NCBI RefSeq assembly: GCF_001306055.1
Contig: NZ_LGHJ01000009.1
Location: forward strand, 90,001-122,000
Reading direction: 5' to 3'
DNA from: Bellilinea caldifistulae
Lineage (GTDB): Bacteria; Chloroflexota; Anaerolineae; Anaerolineales; Anaerolineaceae
Length of the DNA: 32,000 nt
Shown: in pieces, positions 1 to 9,324 of the stretch
Layout of the letters: every line of letters starts with the position of its first letter
Numbering within the stretch: the stretch's first letter is position 1
Notes under the pieces: generated by a model
Database searches by the model: none
What the model was told of the DNA's origin: nothing
Seen by the model: only the letters and a program-made list of their open reading frames with translations
Program-made: the position numbers and the translations under genes

Positions 1-371
1 ATGGATAGATGTTGGACGTTGGTTTTCTTCTTTTTTTCACTACCCCTTGATTGTCATTTGGAACAATATGTACATTTCTCTTTTTTGCCATAGCGCTTAC
101 CCCGAGATCCATAAATCAAACCGCCCACGCATTGCGGTTCACTTGCACCCCATTCGGGGCGCTTGCGCGGGCGGCAAAAGTTTGCTATGCTTGTTTTTGC
201 CGCAACGCGCCTTCACCGCGTTGCCGTCTCAGCCTCGCCGATACCAGCGGTGGGGCTGAATTTGTCTTTCTCAATAGTATAGCAAAGTTTTCGTTTCCAA
301 TACCGTTTTGAGGTGGCAGAATCCAATCTCACAAACTTATTACCAAAATCTTACTCTAAAAGGAGGTTGGA

Positions 372-1234
372 ATGAGCCCACAAAACACCATCTGTATCAA
401 AGATGCCCTCGAGGAATTCCTCCTTTCACGTCAGGCGATGCGCTGTTCCTCAAAAACCCTTCGAACATACCAAAGCATCTTGGGACGATTTACCCAATGG
501 TTAGAAAAAGAGGGGGTTCAAACGGCAAACCAAATGACTTCCCGGCATGTTCGCAGATTTATGTCTCAAATTTCGGGTACTCAATGGCTTTAAATGGTTA
601 TGGCCGTGCTATTAGGACTTTCATAAATTTCCTGAGTCAAGAAGAACTGGTTGATCATAAAATCTATATAAAAGTCCCACCATCGCCCAGGTAAAACCTT
701 CCTTTTTTGAATTCCTCTCAAATCACACAATTATTGGAAGTTTGTGATGTCCAAGAAAAAACGATTGTTCTCTTGATCGTGGATAGCGGTTCAAGGCGAC
801 AAGAAGTTTGCAACTTGAAAATCGGAGATGTACAAATTGAAAACGGAATGATTCGTGTTGTTCTGAGCAAGGGAAATAAGGACAGGATAGTGTTTATTGG
901 TCAGGCTACGATCAATGCAATTTTAGATTATTTACCCGATTTCAATTATCGGGACAAAGAAAGTCCCCTTTTCAAAACCAAAAACGGCAAGCCTTTCAAC
1001 GGAGACCGTATGCAAAAAATGTTTCTCCGTCTTTCAAAACAATCGGGAATCAAAGTTACTCCTCACATGCTACGACGGTCATTTGCAACATTATCTTTGA
1101 AATTTGGAATGGACATGGTCAGCCTTCAAATGCTGATGGGGCATGCCAGCATAGAGACAACCCGCAGATACATTCAGTTATTAAGTGACGACCTTCAGAA
1201 TGCACAAAAAATGCAAGCCCCGTTGATCGGTTAA
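372..1234 (+). pseudogene. Tyrosine recombinase / phage-type integrase (XerC/XerD-like), disrupted by one frameshift and one in-frame stop
   Basis: The N-terminal core-binding segment reads in the frame of 372..593 (TLRTYQSILGRFTQWLEKEGV). Homology continues in another frame (GYGRAIRTFINFLSQEELV) up to an in-frame TAA at 692..694. The catalytic domain then follows in that same frame to 1234, with HMLRRSFAT (H-x-x-R) and GHASIETTRRY (catalytic Tyr). Sampled lines give about 40% GC, lower than the neighbouring core genes. Confidence 0.75.
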
Positions 1235-1287
1235 ACCTGAATGTTATATCGTTTGCCTCGCACTAAAAAGGCACCTACTTCATTGAA

Positions 1288-1354
1288 GCCCCCGGTGGAT
1301 TTCTGCGTTTGCTTGCGGAGCAGAAGGTTGCAAATTCGAGCCCTGCCGGGGGCA
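1288..1354 (+). other. Degenerate tRNA-like element (possible integration-site remnant)
   Basis: GCCCCCG (1288..1294) pairs perfectly with CGGGGGC (1347..1353), followed by a discriminator-like A. Immediately 5' of that is a 17-nt T-arm-like unit, GCAAA-TTCGAGC-CCTGC (1330..1346), with a canonical TTCGAGC loop but two A:C mismatches in the stem. The interior is about 7 nt too short, and I could not fold a canonical D or anticodon arm. No CCA is encoded. Confidence 0.3.
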
Positions 1355-1497
1355 CTCTGTATTTATAAGGTCGCCGACCCCATCGAGCATCAGCAGTTGA
1401 ACTTACCACCCATCACAGACCAACCGGCGGGCGATCGTTCGGCATACCGCTTTAAGATGCCAGGGGATGATGCACACCCTCGGACGCTTTTAAAGCA

Positions 1498-1526
1498 TTG
1501 ACACAAAGAAGTAATTGGATTATTCT
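1498..1526 (+). promoter_or_regulatory. Sigma70-like promoter candidate for the VOC gene
   Basis: TTGACA (1498..1503), an exact 17-nt spacer, then TATTCT (1521..1526). It lies about 100 nt upstream of the ATG at 1631. Confidence 0.4.
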
Positions 1527-1630
1527 GGTAAAGTAAGTCAACGATAATACTTGCTTAATCCGTCATCAAAGTTACAACCGCTGAAAGGGATTTTGCCAGA
1601 ACCCAATCGTTCAATTGAGAGGAAAACCGT

Positions 1631-2551
1631 ATGATCCCAGTCCTTGAGCCGGTGGCAATTGTCCCCCACCGCATCCATCCGCAAACCCGGCCGGCTTACG
1701 TACATCTCAAAGTGGCCAATTTAAGCCGAGAGATTGACTTTTACGAACGTCTGATCGGCTTGCGTCTCAATTGGAAAAACCAGCAAAGCGCCGGGCTTGG
1801 TATCGGCGGGCGCGATATCGTCCGGCTGTCTCAAATTACCAACGGCAAGCGTTACCGCGGGGTGAGCGGACTATACCATTTTGCCATCCTCTTCCCCAAT
1901 CGCCGCGAACTGGCCCGCGCGATTGCGCGTCTGTTCGCCTACAAATGGATCAATTATCCCACCGATCACATTATGACCAAAACCACTTATCTGGACGATC
2001 CGGAGGGTAATCACATTGAACTCTATTGCGAATCGCCCGAGGACGGCCTGTTTGGAATGGTCAATGGAGAATTCATCGCCATCCGCCAGGACGGCACTCC
2101 CAGCGACGGGAGAGAGCCGCTCGACCTGGAAGCGTTGTTTGCCCACCTCTCGCCGGATGACCGGCTGGACGAGCCGTTGCCGGAGGAAACCCGTCTTGGG
2201 CACTTTCACCTTTACGTCGGCAGCCTGAAAGACAGCCTGGCTTTTTACCATGATTTACTCGGTTTTGATAATATGGGAATCGCCCGTTCCTTTCGCATGG
2301 GAATGGTTTCAGCCGGCGGCTATCATCATCACATTGGTTTCAACACCTGGCAGGGTGAAGGCGCGCCCCCTGCCCCGCCCGATGCCCTGGGAATGCTGCA
2401 CTTCGCCTTTGAATTGCCCGAACCAGCCGAATTCGAGCGATTACATCAACACCTGACCACCCAGGCTGTCTCCTTCGATCTGCGGGCAGACGGCCTTGCC
2501 CTGCGAGACCCATCCGGCAATCAAATTGTGTTCCTGAAACCAATGAGGTAA
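1631..2551 (+). CDS. Two-domain VOC (glyoxalase/bleomycin-resistance/extradiol dioxygenase) family protein, catechol 2,3-dioxygenase-like
   Basis: 306-aa ORF with two VOC-type modules (VHLKVANLSREIDFYERLIGL and HFHLYVGSLKDSLAFYHDLLGF) and a GGYHHHIGFNTW motif typical of COG2514-type proteins. An SD-like GAGAGGAAAA precedes the ATG. Confidence 0.75.
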   Translation: MIPVLEPVAIVPHRIHPQTRPAYVHLKVANLSREIDFYERLIGLRLNWKNQQSAGLGIGGRDIVRLSQITNGKRYRGVSGLYHFAILFPNRRELARAIARLFAYKWINYPTDHIMTKTTYLDDPEGNHIELYCESPEDGLFGMVNGEFIAIRQDGTPSDGREPLDLEALFAHLSPDDRLDEPLPEETRLGHFHLYVGSLKDSLAFYHDLLGFDNMGIARSFRMGMVSAGGYHHHIGFNTWQGEGAPPAPPDALGMLHFAFELPEPAEFERLHQHLTTQAVSFDLRADGLALRDPSGNQIVFLKPMR

Positions 2552-2679
2552 GGTTCAGGAACGGGAAAAGCTCCGCCAAATTTTAATGCCTGATCCAGGC
2601 AGCCCCCCAAATCTTCCACCGCTGCGCATCCAGCGGCTGATAAAAGTCAGGCGCAAAGTTGTATCTTCCCTGTGCTTTT

Positions 2680-3597
2680 TTATGGTAAGGCGTTTCCGGC
2701 TGCCAGATAAATCTCATACCACTCTTCACGGGTGAGATTCACCTCGGCGGCTTTCAGGCTGTCCTCCAAACGCTGGAGGTTGGTCGTTCCGATGACCGGC
2801 TGCATTTTAGCCGGGTGACGCAGCAGCCACGCAATTGCAATCGTAGTGTTCGAGACACCGTAGCGTGCGGCAATTTCATTCATTTTAGCGTTTAGAGCCG
2901 GGAATTTTTCGTTTCCCACAAAAACACCCTCGAAGAAACCATACAGGAATGGCGACCAAGGCTGGATGGTAATGTCGTGCAGCCGGCAGTAGTCCAGCAC
3001 ACTGCCATCCCGATCATAAGCTGCTGGCACATCCATATTGACATTTATCCCCTGGGAAATCATGAAGGCGTGCATGATGCTCAACTGCAGCTGATTGGCC
3101 AGAATCGGCTGCCTGACATATTTTTTCAACAGCTCGATCTGCATCGGTTTGTGATTGGAAACGCCGAAATGCCTGACTTTTCCGGTGGATTGCAAAATGT
3201 CAAATGCTTCGGCCACTTCTTCCGGTTCTACCAGTGCATCCGGACGGTGCAGCAATAAAACATCCAGGTAATCGGTACGCAAACGCCTGAGGATGCCGTC
3301 CACCGAATTCAGGATATGTTCCTTCGAGAAATCGTACCGCCCCTCACGGATGCCGCACTTGGATTGTAAGATGACCTTTTCGCGCACATTATCATTCATG
3401 TGAATGGCCTGAGCGAAAATCTCCTCGCAGGCGCCACCTCCGTAAATATCGGCGTGATCAAAAAAATTTGCGCCGAGCTCCAGAGCGGTTTGGATGAACT
3501 TCTCGGCTTGCTCAGGCTGTAATTGATTGATCCGCATACAGCCAACCGCCACCACCGGTACTTCCAGATTGCTCGAACCCAATTTGATTTTTCTCAT
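2680..3597 (-). CDS. Aldo/keto reductase family oxidoreductase (YdhF-like)
   Basis: 305 aa. The N-terminus MRKIKLGSSNLEVPVVAVGCMRI, followed by FFDHADIYGGG, LLLHRPD and VRHFGVSNH, matches AKR signatures. An AGAGGTGAAG ribosome-binding site sits upstream. Confidence 0.85.
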   Translation of the reverse strand: MRKIKLGSSNLEVPVVAVGCMRINQLQPEQAEKFIQTALELGANFFDHADIYGGGACEEIFAQAIHMNDNVREKVILQSKCGIREGRYDFSKEHILNSVDGILRRLRTDYLDVLLLHRPDALVEPEEVAEAFDILQSTGKVRHFGVSNHKPMQIELLKKYVRQPILANQLQLSIMHAFMISQGINVNMDVPAAYDRDGSVLDYCRLHDITIQPWSPFLYGFFEGVFVGNEKFPALNAKMNEIAARYGVSNTTIAIAWLLRHPAKMQPVIGTTNLQRLEDSLKAAEVNLTREEWYEIYLAAGNALP

Positions 3598-3742
3598 GCT
3601 TCACCTCTTTCAGATGGTTCGGATTGCTAACACCCCTGATTTTACACCCCTTCGGACGATTAAAATTCCTTGTAACCAAAAGGGTACTGTCAAAGCCCCT
3701 CTTCCCAGAGGAGATAATGTTGAAATACTCAGCAAAGCAATT

Positions 3743-4441
3743 TCATTTCCTCTGGAATAAATTAAGAATTTCTATAGCCTGGCGAATGTTCTGGCTTAGC
3801 AATGAAAGATCGTTCTTATCGGAGGAGGGACTGTAATCCTCAATGACGAACATATCTCCCTCTGCCAGAATGGTGAAAAACGCGGTTCTGGAAAAATAAT
3901 CCGCTATTCGATCATTGAAAAATCGGCGGACACCCTCCTGATCACCGGAAAAGAGCTGGTACTTTTTGTTAAATTCCGGGAATTCCGGAAGTTCAACTTT
4001 TTCATCCACTGTGGAAACTACCCGCTCGATAATTTGATTGGCCAGGCTGCCCAGTCCAAACTGGTTTGGGTCAATTTTCGGAAAGATTTTGAGTGAGGGC
4101 AAAGATAGATTCCCGGAAATGATTGCAATGCCTCTTGACACGATAACCCCGTCGGGATTATACAGGCTAAAAATATACAGGATGCCGTCCGGCAATCTCC
4201 GCTGGTAAAGTTCGCGAAAAAAAGCATACCGATTACGATACAAATTACTAAACCGCTCTTCAAGAGCGCGGTCAGGAGATGCGGGTACAAATCCAAGACC
4301 TTTAAGGAGTGCCTGTCCTTCCTGCCTATTTTTGATAAACCTTCTGGAAAACACCAGAAACAAAACGACCCCTGCACCAATCACGAGCAAAGCAATCCAC
4401 GTCGTTAATTGAGACCCCTCGCCATTCATTCTGACCTCCAA
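3743..4441 (-). CDS. Hypothetical membrane-anchored protein (pattern reminiscent of DUF3137)
   Basis: 232 aa with one N-terminal TM helix (WIALLVIGAGVVLFLVF). The C-terminal stretch EFPEFNKKYQLFSGDQEGVRRFFNDRIADYF resembles the DUF3137 pattern as I remember it; this is not verified. The true start may be the internal Met 4 codons downstream. Confidence 0.55.
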   Translation of the reverse strand: MEVRMNGEGSQLTTWIALLVIGAGVVLFLVFSRRFIKNRQEGQALLKGLGFVPASPDRALEERFSNLYRNRYAFFRELYQRRLPDGILYIFSLYNPDGVIVSRGIAIISGNLSLPSLKIFPKIDPNQFGLGSLANQIIERVVSTVDEKVELPEFPEFNKKYQLFSGDQEGVRRFFNDRIADYFSRTAFFTILAEGDMFVIEDYSPSSDKNDLSLLSQNIRQAIEILNLFQRK

Positions 4442-4569
4442 AGATATCTCTGTAAATCCAATTTACAGGTTGAATGTTTATTTGGAACAACCCGAAAGAG
4501 AAAAAAACCTGGTTTAATTCCATCTCAGGCAATTGGAGTTGCACACCGGTCAGATGAGATTCTTCAGCC

Positions 4570-5316
4570 TTAGTGATCATCCAGCCTTAACTCATCAAAA
4601 TCAAAACATGCGTACGTCTCGTAAATTACCCGGCGGCTCTGTTCAATAACCTCCCCTGCTGGTGTAACCAGCACATTAACTGCGAAGAACTCATGGGGTT
4701 CACAACCCATACGGTGATCCGAGTCGAACAAGAAGACCACATACCCCTGCGGGGTTTCCTCCACATGAGTTTCCTCTATCTTATCCACTAAATACTTTAC
4801 CTTGCCGTTTGGATCAAAAGAATACTCAGCCGATAAAGAGGTCATCGCCATGGCGTAACTTAAAGCCTCTTCGGCTGATTCGACTGGCGCAAAAACCTCG
4901 CGGAATTCAGATTGCTTGATCATCAAGCGGGTTTCGTCATCAAGAAAGACCACAAAACTGCGGTATCTTGAATCAAGGCCATTTGGTTGGCGAAAATAAG
5001 CCTTGTTGGGTGGATTATCCCCCTGGTGGATACATTCCCCAACCGGAAAAGGCGGTTCTAAACCGCCTGTATAAAAGTGTGGCGGCCTGATCTCGTCACA
5101 ACCCAGCCGAATCAGTTCGGTACAATTTTCCCCCAGCACACCACTACATCCCGTTTCTGTGAGTCTTTCAACATTGACTGACCAGTCAAACGGCGGATAG
5201 TCCACAACGACGACTTTCGGAGTGGGGGTCGCATCAGGTAAGGATTGGCAACTTGCCATCCAGAACACCTGCAAAATCACCCATATCAGCCGGCTTTTGA
5301 GCATGAGTTTCGCCAA
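4570..5316 (-). CDS. Hypothetical Cys-rich secreted protein / putative lipoprotein
   Basis: 248 aa. The signal-like N-terminus LKSRLIWVILQVFWMASCQS has a lipobox-like MASC. The mature part contains many Cys residues. I recognise no family. An alternative start (MLKS) lies at 5304. Confidence 0.55.
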   Translation of the reverse strand: MAKLMLKSRLIWVILQVFWMASCQSLPDATPTPKVVVVDYPPFDWSVNVERLTETGCSGVLGENCTELIRLGCDEIRPPHFYTGGLEPPFPVGECIHQGDNPPNKAYFRQPNGLDSRYRSFVVFLDDETRLMIKQSEFREVFAPVESAEEALSYAMAMTSLSAEYSFDPNGKVKYLVDKIEETHVEETPQGYVVFLFDSDHRMGCEPHEFFAVNVLVTPAGEVIEQSRRVIYETYACFDFDELRLDDH

Positions 5317-5397
5317 AAGAAGAATGGGAAAAGGTGAAAACTTGGTTAACGTATATACGAAAGAAATGATAAAACAGTTCCATAGCTCTTGTTTCTC

Positions 5398-5772
5398 TCA
5401 CCCCTTAACATAAGAAAGTTTCTCACAAATCAAGCCGTCCCTCACACGGTACACATCCACCCCGCGCACGTGACCGCTGTTTCCCTCCTCGTCCACCCAA
5501 GAGTATTTCCATCGCATCACGCAGCGCTCGCCCATCCCGAAGACTTCTTCCACCTCAATCCGCGCTTGTGGAGACTGTTTGAAGAATTGTTCCCAAAAGC
5601 GGTGCAGCACTTCTTTCCCCCTGTAGGGAGTACCATCCGGAGGTGGATAGGTGTTTTCAAACAGGCAATCCTCGCTCATCCACTGCATCATTGCCGGCAC
5701 GTCATGCCGGTTGAAGGCCTCATTAAAAGCCAGCACCACCCGCAAGGCCGCTTCGATTTTTGCCAGTTTCAC
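5398..5772 (-). CDS. SnoaL-like / NTF2-fold family protein
   Basis: 124 aa. AFNEAFNRHDVPAMMQWMSEDCLFENT is a typical SnoaL-like opening. GTG start with an AAGGAGAG ribosome-binding site. Confidence 0.65.
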   Translation of the reverse strand: MKLAKIEAALRVVLAFNEAFNRHDVPAMMQWMSEDCLFENTYPPPDGTPYRGKEVLHRFWEQFFKQSPQARIEVEEVFGMGERCVMRWKYSWVDEEGNSGHVRGVDVYRVRDGLICEKLSYVKG

Positions 5773-5808
5773 GGCTCTCCTTGTGCGTAAAGGCGTTGTT
5801 TATATCAG

Positions 5809-6312
5809 TTATTGTATCGCATTCCGCAGCGTAATCACCGCTTGGGGCTGCCACTGCTCAGCGATGGACAGCAAAGAAGGGCGCACCACCACCACCGCCA
5901 GCCGGTAAGCCCGCGTGGCAATCGCTTCCAGCGCATTTACCCAGCCCTGGCCCTGCAACAACTCTAAGGGACCCATTTCATCCACGATCAATAAATCGCA
6001 CGGCAGCGCACGCCGAAAAACCGCATTGCCCCACCCAACCGTATCCGTCTCAAAAAGCCATTCACGGGTGTGAATAAGGGCGGCGTCTTTCACTGAACGG
6101 CGGGTAGCCAGCCGGCGGCGCTCACCGCTGCGCACATCCACCGCATCAATCGCTGTTTTTTGCCCGTTCTCAAACACCGCCGGACTGATCAAGCCGGCCA
6201 CATCCCACCCGGCTTGCCGCGCCAGATCCAAAAACTGCTGGCACCAGCGGGTTTTACCCGTACCGATTTCCCCGGTGATAATCCATAAGTCACCCGCCAC
6301 AATCTGCCTCAC
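5809..6312 (-). CDS. P-loop NTPase, THEP1/DUF2478-like
   Basis: 167 aa. Walker A GEIGTGKT and Walker-B-like LLIVDEMGPLEL. The GTG start overlaps the stop of the upstream ABC ATPase (GTGA at 6309..6312), which implies translational coupling. Confidence 0.65.
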   Translation of the reverse strand: MRQIVAGDLWIITGEIGTGKTRWCQQFLDLARQAGWDVAGLISPAVFENGQKTAIDAVDVRSGERRRLATRRSVKDAALIHTREWLFETDTVGWGNAVFRRALPCDLLIVDEMGPLELLQGQGWVNALEAIATRAYRLAVVVVRPSLLSIAEQWQPQAVITLRNAIQ

Positions 6313-7084
6313 ACCCAGGTCAAATAACGGTGACCGTCAAAACGATGCACCTGGACCGGAATACCGTAGACTTCGCTGAGCCGATCGGCTTGCCAGATGT
6401 CCTCCAGCGCCCCGCTGGAAAGCACCTGCCCGCCGCGCATCAACACTACTTGATCGGCGAGGGCGGCGACAACTTCCGGCTCATGAGAGGTGAATAAAAT
6501 CGTCGTACCACCGGCAACCAGATTCTGCAAGCAGGTCACCAGCCGTTTCTTGTTGCCCAAATCGAGATGGGAGGTCGGTTCGTCCAGTAAAAGCAGGTCG
6601 GCCTGTTGAGCCAGTGCCCGCGCCACCAGCAGCAGCTGAAACTCCCCGCCGCTCAGGGATTGGACTGTCCGCCGGGTCATTGGCAGCAAGCCGGTGGTTT
6701 CCAGAGCATACAGGGCAATTTCCACATCCTCAGCCGTCGGCATTTGCAACGGCGAGAGGTGCGGCGCTCTGCCCAGCAATACATATTCCAGAAGCGAATA
6801 AGAAAATGGATTGGTTTCGCGTTGCGGCACAGAGCCACCTTGCGCCCCAATTCCTGACGGGTATAGGAACTCAGCAGACGGCCCTCCAACCAGATACGCC
6901 CGGCCTGAGGTTGAAAACGGCCGTAAGCCAGTCGCAGCAGGGTGGTTTTACCGGCCCCGTTTGGCCCCAGAATAGCCGTCACCCGGCCGCGCGGTACATC
7001 CAGTGAAAGGCCCTGCAAGGCTCTTTCGGCTGCATCCGGGTCACGGTAAACCACTTGCTCAAAACGCAAAACGGCTTCGTTCAT
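6309..7084 (-). pseudogene. ABC transporter ATP-binding protein (FecE/FepC/BtuD type), interrupted by a 1-nt frameshift near 6830
   Basis: The N-terminal part starts at the ATG 7082..7084 and carries Walker A (GPNGAGKT). It loses homology after ...GRKVAL. The C-terminal part, in another frame from 6830, reads (V)PQRETNPFSY... and carries LSGGEFQ, Walker B LLLLDEPTSHLD and an H-loop SHE. CTGTG at 6828..6832 would read L-V-P-Q as CTGGTG, so one base appears to be missing. Repaired, the product would be about 258 aa. Confidence 0.8.
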
Positions 7085-7086
7085 AC

Positions 7087-8136
7087 TCAAACCTTGTAGG
7101 TACGACGGGTCATCAAGATCACAAAGCCCAGCGCGCCCAGCAGGGAGGTCAAGATGCCCAAGGGGATCTCGCCAGCGCTGATTGTGCGCGCCAGATTGTC
7201 GCAAATCATCATGAAAATGCCGCCCGACAGAAAAGCGGTCGGCAATCCATCCCGCGCGTCGGCACCGCTCAGCCGGCGGGCCAGCTGCGGCACCAGCAGA
7301 CCCACCCAGCCAATCAATCCGCTAATCGAGATGGAAGCAGCCGTTACCGCCACCGCCGCCAGCAACACCAGCAGGCGTTCACGGTTGGCAGCCACCCCCA
7401 GTGAAAAAACCACCTCATCATCCAGCGCCAGCAGGTTCAACCGCCAGCGCATCAACCACAGCACCAGCAGCCCCAGGCTGATCAACGGCAGCACTGAAAG
7501 TACCGACCGCCAGGTAATACTCCACAAGCCGCCCAACAGCCAGAAGGTAATATCCGGCAGTTGGCGCAAGGGGTCGGCCAGATACTTGATCAACCCGACC
7601 CCCGAAGCAAACAGAGCCGAAACGGCAATCCCCGCCAGCAACAAACGCAGTACCCAGCCGCCGTAGCGCACCCGCCGTGCCAGCAGATAAGAAAGGAACA
7701 AGCCAGCCAGCCCAAAAATCACGGCGCTGAACTGCACCTGCCAGCCCACCCCGCCTGAGGCAAGAATCGTCAGGGCTGCTCCAAAGGCAGCCGCCTGTGA
7801 AACGCCCAAAAAACCCGGCTCTACCAGCGGGTTGGCAAATACCATCTGCATCACCATACCGGCGCCTGCCAGGCTCATGCCAATTAACACAGAAGCAATC
7901 AGGCGCGGCAGGCGCAGGTTGAGAATCAAACGTTGCGCCAGCGGATCTTCCGTCAGTTGCGCGGGGGAGATCAAACCCACGTGCGGGTAACGTCCAAGGA
8001 ACAGGGAAAGTCCAAACACAACCAGCAGCAAGATCAACATGCCCAGTAACCGGCGGCGGCTCTGAGAACGGCTGGCGGACTTCAAAGCTGCCTTCGAAAC
8101 AACGGGCTGACTGCTGACCGGGCGAGCCAGATTCAC
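7087..8136 (-). CDS. FecCD-family ABC transporter permease (iron-siderophore / cobalamin type)
   Basis: 349 aa and polytopic, with typical FecCD motifs (LNLLALDDEVVFSLGV, GLIGWVGLLVPQLARRL, GILTSLLGALGFVILM). The stop lies 2 nt before the ATPase start. The start overlaps the stop of the binding-protein gene. Confidence 0.85.
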   Translation of the reverse strand: MNLARPVSSQPVVSKAALKSASRSQSRRRLLGMLILLLVVFGLSLFLGRYPHVGLISPAQLTEDPLAQRLILNLRLPRLIASVLIGMSLAGAGMVMQMVFANPLVEPGFLGVSQAAAFGAALTILASGGVGWQVQFSAVIFGLAGLFLSYLLARRVRYGGWVLRLLLAGIAVSALFASGVGLIKYLADPLRQLPDITFWLLGGLWSITWRSVLSVLPLISLGLLVLWLMRWRLNLLALDDEVVFSLGVAANRERLLVLLAAVAVTAASISISGLIGWVGLLVPQLARRLSGADARDGLPTAFLSGGIFMMICDNLARTISAGEIPLGILTSLLGALGFVILMTRRTYKV

Positions 8137-9320
8137 GGTTGAATACCCTTCAAAATCGGTAAAATTTTCCCTTCAAATTCAACCGCATCCAGCCCGTACA
8201 ATTGGGCGAAAAACTGCCGGGTTTCTCCAATCATATCCAGTTCAGGAAAGGCCTGCGGGTGTAACTGAGCCGCCAGAAAACGCAGGCCAAGAATCCAGCG
8301 CGTATCCGGCTGGTCCCACGAGTAAAAATCTTTGGGAAAAGGATACAAATGACCTTCCTGTACAGCGCGCAGCGCCTGCCACTGGCCGTCCTGTTTCAGG
8401 TTTTCAACCACCTGTTCCGGGTTTGCGGTGTAGGCGATGATAAAGATGCGATCGGCATCCCACTGGGCTATTTGTTCAAAGTTGACCTTGGTCCAGCCGC
8501 TGCCCAGTTCAATATCCGTCCAGACCGGCACACCCCCGGCCAATTCGGTTATGATGGTTTGCAGCCAGTTTTTTGGAGCCACATTGAAAGCCACCTGCCC
8601 ATCCCGGTCGGAGTAGTACAACAGCAGCGTGCGGGGTTTTTGTTCATCGGTTAAACCGGCCAGGGCACTACTGACCTCCTCGAGATGCTGCTGATAGAAC
8701 CCCCACACCTCTTCTGCCCGCTGGGGATTGCCGAAAAGAACGCCCAACGTTTGTAAATCGCGCTGATATTCTGCCGGGTTTTCCATCGAAAGGTAAACAA
8801 CCGGTATGCCCAACGCCTCTAACGGATTACCCAGCGTTTCCTGCATATAGGGTTTGAGGATGACCACATCCGGGCGGGCTGTAACCACCTGCTCGGCGCC
8901 CACATTGGTCTCAAAGGCAATTTTCTCCGGTAAACGCTCATCTACCAGGGCCAGAAAATCCCCATCCGGCGATTGGGACGTGCGTGAAACGGCGACCACC
9001 CGCTCGAAGGATTCGGGGAAGACATAAACGGCATCGGCCAGCAAGGCAACCCCCCGCCCCGCCACGACAATCCGCTGCGGTAAATTCTGCAATGTAACCC
9101 TTCGCCCCAGCGCATCCGTTACCGTAAGGGATGAATCAACCGGTGTTGAAGTGGGTGTAGCCGTCTCGGTAGCCCGCTGTGGCGTTGGGCTCGGTTCAGA
9201 CGGAGAAGAAGTGGGAGTTGGCTGGGTCTCAGGATTTTCGGTAGCAGCCTGCGGCTGACAGGCAGCCAGAAGGATCATGAGAATGATCATCCACAATACC
9301 CAAATCGTTCGTTTCATCAT
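8133..9320 (-). CDS. ABC transporter substrate-binding lipoprotein (FecB/BtuF-like periplasmic binding protein)
   Basis: 395 aa. Signal peptide with lipobox LLAAC, a long Thr/Pro/Ser tether, then a PBP domain (RIVVAGRGVALLADAV..., PDVVILKPY). Its position directly upstream of the FecCD permease supports the call. Confidence 0.8.
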   Translation of the reverse strand: MMKRTIWVLWMIILMILLAACQPQAATENPETQPTPTSSPSEPSPTPQRATETATPTSTPVDSSLTVTDALGRRVTLQNLPQRIVVAGRGVALLADAVYVFPESFERVVAVSRTSQSPDGDFLALVDERLPEKIAFETNVGAEQVVTARPDVVILKPYMQETLGNPLEALGIPVVYLSMENPAEYQRDLQTLGVLFGNPQRAEEVWGFYQQHLEEVSSALAGLTDEQKPRTLLLYYSDRDGQVAFNVAPKNWLQTIITELAGGVPVWTDIELGSGWTKVNFEQIAQWDADRIFIIAYTANPEQVVENLKQDGQWQALRAVQEGHLYPFPKDFYSWDQPDTRWILGLRFLAAQLHPQAFPELDMIGETRQFFAQLYGLDAVEFEGKILPILKGIQP

Positions 9321-9324
9321 AACA

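Noticed and set aside
47-311. Two overlapping ORFs (70 and 86 aa) at the left edge
   Set aside because: They overlap each other in different frames across the hairpin-rich segment. Their translations are Cys/Arg/Ala-rich with no motifs.
1241-1501. 86-aa ORF downstream of the integrase
   Set aside because: It covers the tRNA-like element and a promoter-like region. It has an Arg/Pro-rich composition and no ribosome-binding site, so it is probably non-coding.
7085-7204. Upstream extension of the ATPase N-terminal ORF (ORF-track start at 7204)
   Set aside because: The extension overlaps the permease 3' end and has no homology. The ATG at 7082..7084, 2 nt after the permease stop, begins the conserved MNEAVLRFEQV... 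sequence.
6606-7758. Plus-strand ORFs (6606..6857, 6614..7006, 7003..7404, 7154..7666, 7561..7758) across the ABC ATPase and permease genes
   Set aside because: They lie antisense to clear transporter genes. Their Arg/Pro/Gln/Ser-rich translations are typical of high-GC reverse frames.
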